From: Candidatus Latescibacterota bacterium
Lineage (GTDB): Bacteria; Latescibacterota; UBA2968; UBA8231
Assembly (NCBI GenBank): GCA_965203175.1
Contig: OZ241867.1
Span: 3,648,001 to 3,712,000, forward strand
Reading direction: 5' to 3'
Length of the DNA stretch: 64,000 nucleotides
Every line of letters begins with the position of its first letter. Positions within the stretch are counted from its first letter, which is position 1. Below are positions 18,465 through 28,064 of the stretch, piece by piece. Position numbers and translations under genes: made by a program. The notes under the pieces are model-generated. The model made no database searches. It was not told the origin of the DNA and was given only the letters and a program-made list of their open reading frames with translations.

Positions 18465-21011
18465 TCAATACGCTACGTAGACCACGCGGTGCGCCTTGCG
18501 GCTCGATACGTCCGCGTCCACATCCACCTCGATCTCCAACAGGTAGGTCCCGGGGGGCACCAACCGACCGCTCTGGTCGTGGCCGGACCAGCGGACCGCG
18601 TAGGATCCGCTCGCGAGGGGACGCCGCTCCTCCCACTCCCGCACTAGGCCGCCGCCCAGATCGTAGAGGCGGGTTCTCACCGCGCGCTGCCCGCCGAGTC
18701 GGAAGACTGAAAACTCGAACCGCGCTTCGTCGTTGATTCCATCCCCGTTCGGGGTCAGGATCAGAGCACTGATCGTCAACGGGCCCATCACCCGCCCGTC
18801 TGCCAACGGCCCTCGCAACAGCATCCCCTGACTCGATGCCAGGGCGGTAGCATCGCCGGGATCCACCCGTTGCCACTGATCGGCCTCGGACGAATTTCCC
18901 AGTTCCGCCTGCAGGATGGTGCCGGGGCGGAACAGGGTCGTGGTGAACCGCACTTCGATCAGGTCGACGTCGGGGCCCACCGCCGAATCTAGGCGCACCC
19001 ACAGCGAGTCCGATCCGGCTGGGACCAACTCCAGATCAGATGGTCCCAACTCGGCCACCGGGCCGGTGGCCCACTGCGACTCCCGGCCCATGCGGAGGAG
19101 GTGAAAATCCAGGTCCACCCCCGGAGCGTACAGGCGAATCTGGTCCATTCCCGGGCCGCTCCGCAGGAACTCGGCCTTGACGAACAGAGATAGGGTGTCG
19201 ATGGCACCCAACTCGGATACCAGGTCCGGCTCGAGTTCGCCCCGGACCTGCCGGGCTAGGGGATCGAGAAAGTTCAGCCGAATCGACTGCAGGGAAGCCG
19301 TCTGGTGCGGATTACTGGTCGTCAGCCAGGCCTGGAGCATGAGGTACTCCCGGGGGCTCGGCGACGTGATGGGGGCTCCGGAGAAGTCGTATTCCTCGCT
19401 CCAGTCGCTCCAGTCACCCCCGGCCACCTGCTCAGTCACTATGTCGATATCCTTCTTGGCGAATTTGTTCAGCTTGTTGTACTGCTCCTCCGTTATCTCG
19501 CTGCCGTCCTTCTTGAAGTAGCGGAGGACATCGGCGAGCTGGTTGCCGGTCCGACTGCGCAGCGCGATGGAGGTCCCAGGGGGCGTATCTCCCTCCCATT
19601 CGATCGAACTCAGCGTCCGGGCACCGTCCAGCGTGATCAGGGGGGACGTGAGTGAAACGCGAGGCTGGTAGCCCTCGCCGTAGAACTGCATCTCCCGCGT
19701 GTCCGCCTGGCCTCCCGCCATGCCGCCGGAATAGGGAATGCTGATGTAGCGGGCGACCGTGGGTTCGAACACCTTGGCGTGGTAATCCATGCCGTCCTGA
19801 CCCCCGAGTGCTTGGCTGGTCCAGGCCAGTGTTCCCTCGGGTGTCAGGCTCCCGTCCGAGGTCCTGATTTCGTACTCGGTGATGGGTCCCTGAAAGCCCT
19901 TGTTCTGGAAGAACATCTGCACTCGATCCACCCAGAAAAAGGCACCTAGGTCGAAGAAGAAGAAGCGCAGGGCGGGCGTGCGGACCGTGGTCCCCACCGT
20001 CGTTTCGTACAGGCCGTCCACCAAGCTGGTGACTGCGGTGGTATCCGTCTCTATCTTTTGCGCCACTCCCCGGCGGCCCGTCAACCCCAGGGCGATGTTC
20101 TCGCCTATGGTCCGCACTTCCATCGCGGCCAGACGGGGCCGCTCGCGGCGGAAGTACCGGACCTCGCCACGCGATCCCGCGTCGATCGCCTCGTAGATCT
20201 CCGGTTCGACCCGGATGCTCCCATCGGCCACCTTCTTATAGTAGTCCACTGCCCCCTGGCGGCCTAGCTCCAAGGCGTCGTAGACTTCGCGGGATACTTC
20301 GGTGCCTCGCACCGAGTCACTTTCCGTCACCACGAGCTGAACGTAGCGGATTTCGTCCCCTCGCCACTCGGGATCGCGGGAGTCTCCCGACGGTTTCAGC
20401 TCGATGTCGAAGGAACGTTGGCTCTTGTTCGCGCCCGAACTTGCGTAGGCGACGACGTAGCTCTTGACGTCCCTCAGGCCCTGCTCGGGACGCTCGCCGT
20501 CCGAGGTCAGAAGGGTGTACTGGAGAAAGGGGTCCCCGAGATCCTCGTCCACGAAGGTCAGGAGGATCCTGGTGGCGGACACGACCCGCCCTAGATCCAA
20601 CTCGAACCACCAGTCGCGCAGTGGCTGGTCCGGGTCGGGCTGCCAGTACGAGGTCAGATCCCCGTCAAGGAGGTTGGCTACCCCGGCCGCATTGGTGCCA
20701 GCACTCACCGCGTCCAGCAAGTCGACGTCTTCAGCCTTGACCCCTTTGGGCGGGTTCCGTCGCAGGTGCCCGACAAGGTCCTGGGTCGCGTCGATGTCCT
20801 TGGCCACAAAGTTCGGTCGAGCCGCGTCCGCCGGGGCGAAGAACTCCACTGTGCCGACTGGGAAATCCCAGGTTTTCAGGTGGCGGCCCTCTACCACGAT
20901 CTGGTTGCCGCGGATGACGTACCCTTGGCCCCAGACCGCACTGCCACACAGGATCCAGAGAGCCAGTGCCGTGCTGATCCTGCCGTTTATGTTGCCACAC
21001 CTCTTTCGCAT
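18465..21011 (-). CDS. Secreted protein with two discoidin-like regions and C-terminal FlgD-Ig-like domain (paralog 2)
   Basis: LLDGDLTSYW...ELDLG, second copy LVDG...FDLG, C-terminal LTPNGDGINDE...VPPGTY. ATG at 21011 precedes a signal peptide. Confidence 0.8.
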   Translation of the reverse strand: MRKRCGNINGRISTALALWILCGSAVWGQGYVIRGNQIVVEGRHLKTWDFPVGTVEFFAPADAARPNFVAKDIDATQDLVGHLRRNPPKGVKAEDVDLLDAVSAGTNAAGVANLLDGDLTSYWQPDPDQPLRDWWFELDLGRVVSATRILLTFVDEDLGDPFLQYTLLTSDGERPEQGLRDVKSYVVAYASSGANKSQRSFDIELKPSGDSRDPEWRGDEIRYVQLVVTESDSVRGTEVSREVYDALELGRQGAVDYYKKVADGSIRVEPEIYEAIDAGSRGEVRYFRRERPRLAAMEVRTIGENIALGLTGRRGVAQKIETDTTAVTSLVDGLYETTVGTTVRTPALRFFFFDLGAFFWVDRVQMFFQNKGFQGPITEYEIRTSDGSLTPEGTLAWTSQALGGQDGMDYHAKVFEPTVARYISIPYSGGMAGGQADTREMQFYGEGYQPRVSLTSPLITLDGARTLSSIEWEGDTPPGTSIALRSRTGNQLADVLRYFKKDGSEITEEQYNKLNKFAKKDIDIVTEQVAGGDWSDWSEEYDFSGAPITSPSPREYLMLQAWLTTSNPHQTASLQSIRLNFLDPLARQVRGELEPDLVSELGAIDTLSLFVKAEFLRSGPGMDQIRLYAPGVDLDFHLLRMGRESQWATGPVAELGPSDLELVPAGSDSLWVRLDSAVGPDVDLIEVRFTTTLFRPGTILQAELGNSSEADQWQRVDPGDATALASSQGMLLRGPLADGRVMGPLTISALILTPNGDGINDEARFEFSVFRLGGQRAVRTRLYDLGGGLVREWEERRPLASGSYAVRWSGHDQSGRLVPPGTYLLEIEVDVDADVSSRKAHRVVYVAY

Positions 21012-21043
21012 CTGGGAGCCGTTGACTAAAGTTCCTGTGGGCC

Positions 21044-23011
21044 TCAATACGCCACCGCGATCAGGCGGGTTTCGCTGTCGCGGCCCCCTTCGCGATCGAC
21101 CGCGACCCGGCATACGTAGAGCCCCGGCGGCACCAACTGGCCATCCCTGTCACGTCCGTCCCAAGGCTGGATGTACTGACCCGAATGGTCCCGGCCCACA
21201 TACACCTCCCGCACTAGCCGGCCCGATAGATCCCATACCTCGACCTCCACCAGCCGGTTCTCGGTCAATTTCAGCAGGTCGTACTGAATCGCCACCGCGT
21301 CGTTGATGCCGTCTCCGTTGGGTGTAAACGCGGCCGGCTCGATCCGCAGCCTGCCCACAATTGACGCGCCCAGCGACAGCGTCTCGACCGACAGACGGTT
21401 GCCGTCCAGCGCGTTGGTCGCATCGCCGCCCCGCACCGGTTGCCAGACCTCAGCCGGCGCTTGGCTGTCGAAAACGCGACCTTGGAAGGTCGCCGCATAC
21501 CGATACACTTCGCCCCGCAGCCGAACCTGCAGCAACTCGCCGCTCTGGTTCACCTCTAGCCGCGGAAAGCTCACCACCACCCGGTTCTCGGTGCGCAGGC
21601 TGTCCGCTTCCGTGAACGCTACCGCCGCTCCCGCCATCTCGACCTCGACCACCTCCACCACCCGGCCCCCCTGAAAGCGCAACTCAAGGCTGTCGAAACC
21701 CCGATCCTGCAGCGACAAGGTGGGCCGCACCGCGTACGTGAACTCGGTCAGCTCCGACGTCTCGGCCTGCCACGGATCCACCTCTCCCACCAGATCCGTC
21801 GCCGCCGGCGGCGACGAAACCGCGAATTCGAGGAAATTCACCTGCCCCCCATCTAGAAAATCACTGGCGAAGTCAAGCGAAAACTGCACGTAGTTGCGCG
21901 GCCGCGGTGCCACCATCGGCACCCCCAGACTGTCGCCAAATGAATACGGTGCCGACCACAGGTCCCAGTTTGCTGCGTCATGGGTGATGCGGCCTTTCTC
22001 TTTTTCCTTCAGCTTGTCGTACTGCGCTCGGGTCAGCGGCGATCCGTCCGCCCCATACGGGACCTCCTCGTCGCCCCGGAAGGTCCGCCGCCAGTACCGA
22101 GATGGCTCTGGATCGTCGCCGCCATGACTGCGAATCGCTACCCGGGCCGACTCGTCTTGGCGGCCCGACCAGCGCACCCAGCCCAGACTGGAGGGGGAGC
22201 CCAGCGGAATGGTGTTCGAGGTATAGCTAGCGAACGGTACATACCCCTCGGCGAACGCCTCCATCTCCGCAATCTCCCACGCCTGCCGCTGAAACGGGTT
22301 GACCCACAGCGCCAACTGTCGCACCGGCGTCCGGTCGAGGGGGATCTCCACCACTGGGCTTTTGTTCTGCGTGATCTCCGTCACCAGATCGAAGTCGAGC
22401 GGCGTTTCTCGAACGAGTTTTCTGTGGAATTCAAGGTGAGATCGGTTCGGCGTTCCCCCATGGGGTACGCCACTGCCGGTGGCGATGGCCATGTGCTCGA
22501 TGTAGTGCGGGGAGCCGGGCCGCGGCGACACCCGCACCCGGTTCACCGGGAACAGGCCGCCCAGGTCGAAGTACAGGGTGAAGCCGGTGATACCGCCGCC
22601 CGGACTGTAATCCGACAGCGACGCATTGTGTTCCAAGAAGAAGGTGGTGAAGTCCCCATCCGCGACCACGTCCAGGTTCGGATCGTGGCCATAGCCCGTA
22701 TAGCGCTCGGTCCTCAAGAAGCCGCCCCGTTCTTCCGCTGTGGCCAGGATGCTCTCGTCGCTGCCGTAGTAGAAAGGTGCCAGCGCTCCAGCTAGGTTGA
22801 CGCTGTCGAAGTCGCCGGCCCGGGCGGGATCCACGTCGGTCCAGCTCAACTGCTCGAACTCGACGCTGCCGTCTGCTACCTCCGGGAGCAGGGGAAAGCT
22901 CGCGTAGTCCTCGCCGCCCAGCCGGTAGATCTTGACCGCATCTGCGGGACGCCACATTCCCGCGCCCACCACTAGGCACAAGAGCAGGCCTGCCAATCGC
23001 GCTTTTGCCAA
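21044..23011 (-). CDS. Secreted protein with discoidin-like region and C-terminal FlgD-Ig-like domain (paralog 1)
   Basis: TTG start at 23011 behind GAGGGT, then signal peptide. DGDFTTF, FDLGGLFPVNRV, FTPNGDGIND...WDGRD...VPPGLY. Confidence 0.8.
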   Translation of the reverse strand: MAKARLAGLLLCLVVGAGMWRPADAVKIYRLGGEDYASFPLLPEVADGSVEFEQLSWTDVDPARAGDFDSVNLAGALAPFYYGSDESILATAEERGGFLRTERYTGYGHDPNLDVVADGDFTTFFLEHNASLSDYSPGGGITGFTLYFDLGGLFPVNRVRVSPRPGSPHYIEHMAIATGSGVPHGGTPNRSHLEFHRKLVRETPLDFDLVTEITQNKSPVVEIPLDRTPVRQLALWVNPFQRQAWEIAEMEAFAEGYVPFASYTSNTIPLGSPSSLGWVRWSGRQDESARVAIRSHGGDDPEPSRYWRRTFRGDEEVPYGADGSPLTRAQYDKLKEKEKGRITHDAANWDLWSAPYSFGDSLGVPMVAPRPRNYVQFSLDFASDFLDGGQVNFLEFAVSSPPAATDLVGEVDPWQAETSELTEFTYAVRPTLSLQDRGFDSLELRFQGGRVVEVVEVEMAGAAVAFTEADSLRTENRVVVSFPRLEVNQSGELLQVRLRGEVYRYAATFQGRVFDSQAPAEVWQPVRGGDATNALDGNRLSVETLSLGASIVGRLRIEPAAFTPNGDGINDAVAIQYDLLKLTENRLVEVEVWDLSGRLVREVYVGRDHSGQYIQPWDGRDRDGQLVPPGLYVCRVAVDREGGRDSETRLIAVAY

Positions 23012-23067
23012 GATGTCACCCTCTTGTCGTGTGGGCTCAACCCGCGCACCGTTGGGCTGATTATTAG

Positions 23068-23101
23068 GGAAGGGGGGATGTGAGACCACATCCCCCCTTC
23101 C
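23068..23101. terminator. Perfect 15-bp intercistronic hairpin (terminator, attenuator or mRNA stabiliser)
   Basis: GGAAGGGGGGATGTG-AGAC-CACATCCCCCCTTCC. Confidence 0.7.
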
Positions 23102-23150
23102 TTCGCGCTATGGAGCTCGAACCGCTAGCAGCGAACCTGCTCGTCGCCAG

Positions 23151-24065
23151 CTACTGAGTGAACGCAGCCTTGATGCGGCCCCAGCTCTCGGCTTCGACTG
23201 CCGTGCCAAAATCGACATCCTCCAACGGAGCCAGCAGGAAGTCGGTGGATACCGACGAGGTTTTCCAAACCGTTGCCTCGCCATTCAGGATCCACTGATC
23301 TCGGTCGTTATTCTCCGTATTGTCATAGTCGGTGATCTCCCAGTTCAGACCGATGATATCACCTTCTACCATGTCGTGCACCACACTGCCGTCTGGGTCA
23401 TCCCACTGCAGGTCGTCCCACAACGTGAGCATCCACTCTGCATGGCCGGTGACGTCGGCGGCGTTGAGCGCGGCGGCATCCGACGAGTACCCATTGTCGG
23501 CCCACGGCAGTTCGCCGGTCCAGGTAGCTTGGCTCTGCCAGTACCAGGCCCACGCCGTCGCCTCGTTGTTCACGTTCGGCGACGAAGGATCGATATCCGG
23601 GAGGCGGAAGTGGATATTCTGGGCCCAGCGCGAGCCGTTTTCCGGCTCTGCTCCAGGGTCATACCAGGAGTCTTCGCCGCCGTGGTCCCCGTCGACGTTC
23701 ATCTCGAAGCTGTCGGGTAAGTTAGCTTCGGCAACGAGAACGGAGACGTCCCGCTTGCGGAAATTGTCGAACACCTCGTGGTGCATATAGAGACGATCGG
23801 TACTTGCGCTATAACCGACGATGACCTTGCTGTTGAGACTGGACAGGTCTGTCCACTTCTCGCCGGACGGAGACGCGTAGTACTCTGGCCCAATCCAGTA
23901 GTCCGCGGGAACCACGGCCCACTCGGACAGATCCCCGTCCAGGGTCGGCTCGGCACCCGCTGGGAACTGGAACGCGAGCAGAACTTGGCCCTCTGGCACA
24001 TGGCCCCAGGCGGAAAAAGCAAAGCCCACAGTCAGGCACAGGGCGATAAGCATAGCCTTCTTCAT
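23151..24065 (-). CDS. Secreted CBM9/DOMON-like acidic protein with C-terminal TAVE..SWGRIK motif
   Basis: ATG at 24065 behind GGAGG, signal peptide MKKAMLIALCLTVGFAFSAWG, PTLDGDLSEW, DSFEMNVDGD, GDIIGLNWEITDYD. Confidence 0.75.
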   Translation of the reverse strand: MKKAMLIALCLTVGFAFSAWGHVPEGQVLLAFQFPAGAEPTLDGDLSEWAVVPADYWIGPEYYASPSGEKWTDLSSLNSKVIVGYSASTDRLYMHHEVFDNFRKRDVSVLVAEANLPDSFEMNVDGDHGGEDSWYDPGAEPENGSRWAQNIHFRLPDIDPSSPNVNNEATAWAWYWQSQATWTGELPWADNGYSSDAAALNAADVTGHAEWMLTLWDDLQWDDPDGSVVHDMVEGDIIGLNWEITDYDNTENNDRDQWILNGEATVWKTSSVSTDFLLAPLEDVDFGTAVEAESWGRIKAAFTQ

Positions 24066-24205
24066 TATGTGGAACCTCCACGATGCTGATTCCCCGGCCC
24101 TAGGCGCTCTAGGGCAGCAGGAATCGGGTTGCATGAACATTTTGTAGTAATGTATAAATTGGTCTTGGTGCGGGGCAATAAAAAAACCGAGACCGACCAC
24201 ACTCG

Positions 24206-25744
24206 CTAAGGGGCGAGTTGTGCCATGCGTGCCTCTAGCGCTGCAAGCTGACGGGCATCTCCCCGCCAGTAGGCGACCGCTAGCCGGTATGCCCGCAGTG
24301 CCGCATCCACTTGGCCCGTCTGTTCGTATGCCTCTCCGAGCGCGTAGTGGGCCTTCGCGTTGGTGGCGTCCAACCTCTCCACGGCCTCGAACACCGCGAT
24401 CGCTTGGTCGTAGGCTTGCTGGCGGAGGTAGAACTGTCCGAGGCTCAGGCGGGGCTCGACCCAATTCGGCCGGTGGCGGATCGCTGTCTTGTAGGCCTGC
24501 TCGGCCTGGTCCAGGCGTCTCTGAAGCAGCCCCACGTTGCCTAGGGCGTGGTGGGCTTTGGCAAACGTCGTGTCTACTTGTAGGGCCTGCTCGAAGGACC
24601 GACGGGCTTGGTCCAGGTGTCCGTTCTGGACGGCGACGTAGCCGATGGTGAAGTGGGCCTCGCAGGCTTCGCGCTGATTCGGGGCTTGGGTGATCACCTG
24701 GCGGGCCAGCGCCACCGCTTCGTCTAGGTTGCCCTGATTCAGGTAGGCATGGCCCAATCCTGAGAGGGCTCTGACATGCTCGGGCTGGCGCTCCAAGACC
24801 GCCCGGTACATTCCGATGGCCTGCTCCCACCGGCCGAGCTCGCCGTAGGAGCGCCCCGCCGCCAGATAGGAATCTAGGTCGCCGCCGGCCTGATTTACCT
24901 GTTTTTCCAAGGCTCGCACTTGGGCGGCCCGCCGGTTCAGCTCGGCAAAGCGGTCGAGCAGTATCTGGGCTTGCTCCTCGCGCCCTTGGGCGGAGTAGAG
25001 ATTGGCCATACTGTAGTAGGCCTCGGGATAGGCCGGGTCGATCTCGAGAGCCCGGCGCAGCATTCCTTCGGCCTCCTCGTAGCGCTCCGCGTAGGTGTAG
25101 AGCACCCCGAGTTCCCGGTGGGCCTCCTTGTTGTCGGGATCGAATCTGACAGCGCGCGTCAACAGATCCTCAGATTCTGCCCGGCGTCCTTGCAGCCGAA
25201 AGAGTCGGCCCAAGCTCCACAGCGCCTCAGCATCGGCTGAATCGGTCGCCACGGCCCGCACTAGGGCCTCCTCGGCCCGGTCGTACGCCCCCTGTTCCTG
25301 GTGCAGACCGGCCAAAAGACGGTACGAGGGAGCCGTGCCCGGATCGATGCGCACGGCCTCTTCCAACAGGGCGACCGCCTCCCGGTGGCGTTTCATCTCT
25401 CCGTAGGCCACGGCCAGATTGTGGTAGGCCAGAACAAGGCTCGAATCCAGACGAATGGCGGCCAGATACGCGGTCTCCGCCGAATCCCTGCGGCCCAACT
25501 TCATGTAGGCCGTGGCCAGATGGCAGTGGGCTTCCGCGGAGAGGGAGTCCAGGGCCACTGCCTGCTGATACGCGGCGAGTGCGTCGCGGTACCGGGCTTG
25601 GCGGAAATAGGTGTGCCCGAGCGTGCGAAGCCGGTCTTTCTCTGGGTCCGGTGCCGGCGATTCAGGTGCTTGGCACGCGCCCAGCCAGATCGCCATCAGG
25701 GCAGCGGTGGTGCGGCGAAACAAAACTGCGTACGTCGAATGCAT
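24206..25744 (-). CDS. Tetratricopeptide-repeat lipoprotein
   Basis: Lipobox LGAC followed by about a dozen TPR units (AHxxLG...A...Y..A...DP). Confidence 0.85.
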   Translation of the reverse strand: MHSTYAVLFRRTTAALMAIWLGACQAPESPAPDPEKDRLRTLGHTYFRQARYRDALAAYQQAVALDSLSAEAHCHLATAYMKLGRRDSAETAYLAAIRLDSSLVLAYHNLAVAYGEMKRHREAVALLEEAVRIDPGTAPSYRLLAGLHQEQGAYDRAEEALVRAVATDSADAEALWSLGRLFRLQGRRAESEDLLTRAVRFDPDNKEAHRELGVLYTYAERYEEAEGMLRRALEIDPAYPEAYYSMANLYSAQGREEQAQILLDRFAELNRRAAQVRALEKQVNQAGGDLDSYLAAGRSYGELGRWEQAIGMYRAVLERQPEHVRALSGLGHAYLNQGNLDEAVALARQVITQAPNQREACEAHFTIGYVAVQNGHLDQARRSFEQALQVDTTFAKAHHALGNVGLLQRRLDQAEQAYKTAIRHRPNWVEPRLSLGQFYLRQQAYDQAIAVFEAVERLDATNAKAHYALGEAYEQTGQVDAALRAYRLAVAYWRGDARQLAALEARMAQLAP

Positions 25745-26101
25745 CGCGCAGTTTTCCGTTGGGTCACGAGGTTGACCGGGGGCGACATGACGTGAGGAGG
25801 GCTAGAGTCGGGGAAGAGAATTGCCACCCGTGGACGTCTTCGCGTCGCCGACCGAATATAAGCCATCGGCACCAACCCCAACAGCTTGAGTGCTGGTATC
25901 AGCAGGGCCGTTTCGTCGGCCTCGTTGACCAATGTACCCGCTGGCTTGGTCAAGTTGGCTTCGCCAAGTCTAGGCGATTGACGCGTCCGGTGCCGATCTC
26001 TAGTATAGGTGCCCGCGTGGGGCAGGGGACCGGAGAGCTTGGACGCCTAATACAACTTCAGCAGGCCGGACCAGCGGCGACACCCCGAGACGGAGCAGAG
26101 C

Positions 26102-28039
26102 GTGACTTGGCAGGAACGAGCAGCAGTCCTGTGGGGCCGTGGACGCAACCGAGCCCCGGCCGGAGTCGAGAGCGGGGGAGTGGGCGTCAGCGGATTACTG
26201 TCCCCCATGGCTTGGTGGATCGGGGCCGTATTTCTTTTGGCCTTGGCGGTCCGCGTCGTCTACACCCTAGAGATCGATGCCAGTCCACTATTCGCCCACC
26301 CAGCGGTGGACTCGCTCACCTATACCCAACATGCCGAGCGCTTGGCGGCCGGCAACTGGCTGGGACGGGGCGATGGCCCATTTTGGCAGCCGCCGCTTTA
26401 TCCCTATCTGCTCGGCGTGCTGAAGACGCTCTTCCCGGGGTCCTTCTTCTACGCCGTGCGTTTGGTCCAGGCGTTGCTTGGTGCCCTGACCTGCGCCCTG
26501 ATCTACTGGCTGGGGCGGCAGGTCGCCCGTCCGGCGGTTGCCGCCGCGGCAGCCGTGGCCACGACCCTGTGTGGCCCGTTGATCTTCTTCGACGGCGAGC
26601 TTTTGCCCGCGTCCCTGGCTACCTTCCTCAATCTGGCCGGCCTCTCCCTTCTCTGGCAGACGCTGCATCGGCCCTCGGGACCTGGCTTTCTGGGCGTCGG
26701 CCTAGTCTTCGGATTGGCCGGACTGGCCGTGCCCACGGTCCTCGCCTTCGTGCCGGTAGCCGCGGCTTGGATCGGGTGGCGGTTGCGCGAGTGGGGCGGA
26801 CGGCGGGCCGCGATCTGGGCTGGGCTCTTCTTGTTGGGCGCTGCCCTGACGATCGCGCCGGTATCCCTGCGCAACGCTGTCATCGGCGGCGACCGCGTCC
26901 TCATCTCCTATAACGCTGGCATAAACTTCTACGTGGGCAACAACCCGGACTACGACAGCACCGTCAATGCGCGGCCCGGTTTGGAGTGGGGCCGCATCGT
27001 GGGCTTGGCCCGCAAGGCAGGCATAGACCGACCGTCCCACCAGTCGCACTTCTTCCTAGCCCGGTCTTGGGACTACATCAGCTCCCAACCCCTCGATCAT
27101 ATCTCACTGCTGGCCCGGAAACTCTTCCTCTTTTGGCACGGAGACGAGATTGGCCGGAACCAAGACATATACTTCTGGCGCAACTACTCGACGGTCCTGG
27201 CGGCGACTCTGTGGAAGGGGGGGATAGCTTTCCCATTCGGGGTCATCGCACCGCTGGCGCTGCTCGGCCTGCTGCTGTCGGGGCGGCGGCAGGAGTTCGT
27301 CCTCTTCGCCGTCTTCGTCGGCGTGTACTGCCTCTCGGTAGTCGCCTTCTTCCCGACGGCCCGCTACCGCGCCCCTCTCCTCCCTCTGATCGCGTTCTTC
27401 GCGACCCTGGGTGCCTGTTGGATCTGGGCCGGCCTCCGGGCTCGGCAGTATGGTCAGGCCGGCCTAGCTTTGGCCGTGGTTGTCGTGTTCGCGGCAGCCG
27501 TCAACCATCGGCTAGCGCCCATGGACATGGCTGGAAACGCGGCGATCCACTACAATTTGGGCACCGCCTTCGGCGAGGTGCGCGAGTTCGAACAGGCGCA
27601 GCGCGAACTGGAGCGGGCCGTGGAGCTGGATTCCACCTACTGGCAGGCTTGGCTCAACCTAGGAAGTGTACTCGGGGTCCGAGGCAACCTGTTAGAAGCG
27701 GCCCGCATCTTCGCGCGGGTCCTGCAGGAATCCCCGGACCAGGCCAAGATCTGGCTCAACTTGGCCCATGCCCGGCGGGCCTTGGGGGAACGGCCAGCAG
27801 CCCTGGCAGCCTACGAGGGGGCCCTGCGGGCCAATCCCCAAGAGCGGGGAGTCTACTTGGAGCTGATAGACTATCACCTGGAGGTAGGCGATGAGAAGGG
27901 GGCCGAGGGGATCTTGGAGCGAGCCGTGACCCATTTGCCCGGCGACGCCGCGCGCCTGCGGCATGTATTCGGATTGGCCCGCGACCGCTACCGGAAGGGG
28001 CGAGGCACTGAGGGCCATACGGATGGAGTGGACCCATGA
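26102..28039 (+). CDS. GT-C (PMT/ArnT-like, GT39-type) membrane glycosyltransferase with C-terminal TPRs
   Basis: DSLTY acidic loop, FWQPPLYPYLL, multiple TM helices, NFYVGNNP, ARYRAP, then TPRs. Exact start uncertain. Confidence 0.8.
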   Translation: MTWQERAAVLWGRGRNRAPAGVESGGVGVSGLLSPMAWWIGAVFLLALAVRVVYTLEIDASPLFAHPAVDSLTYTQHAERLAAGNWLGRGDGPFWQPPLYPYLLGVLKTLFPGSFFYAVRLVQALLGALTCALIYWLGRQVARPAVAAAAAVATTLCGPLIFFDGELLPASLATFLNLAGLSLLWQTLHRPSGPGFLGVGLVFGLAGLAVPTVLAFVPVAAAWIGWRLREWGGRRAAIWAGLFLLGAALTIAPVSLRNAVIGGDRVLISYNAGINFYVGNNPDYDSTVNARPGLEWGRIVGLARKAGIDRPSHQSHFFLARSWDYISSQPLDHISLLARKLFLFWHGDEIGRNQDIYFWRNYSTVLAATLWKGGIAFPFGVIAPLALLGLLLSGRRQEFVLFAVFVGVYCLSVVAFFPTARYRAPLLPLIAFFATLGACWIWAGLRARQYGQAGLALAVVVVFAAAVNHRLAPMDMAGNAAIHYNLGTAFGEVREFEQAQRELERAVELDSTYWQAWLNLGSVLGVRGNLLEAARIFARVLQESPDQAKIWLNLAHARRALGERPAALAAYEGALRANPQERGVYLELIDYHLEVGDEKGAEGILERAVTHLPGDAARLRHVFGLARDRYRKGRGTEGHTDGVDP

Positions 28040-28064
28040 AGTTTAAGATGAGGGAGACAGCGGC

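Noticed and set aside
24066-24830. N-terminal 255 aa of the 559-aa ORF call
   Set aside because: Overlaps the TPR gene. The real start is ATG 24065, with an RBS and signal peptide.
25579-26913. 444-aa plus-strand ORF
   Set aside because: Off-frame overlap with the GT-C gene; no recognisable motifs.
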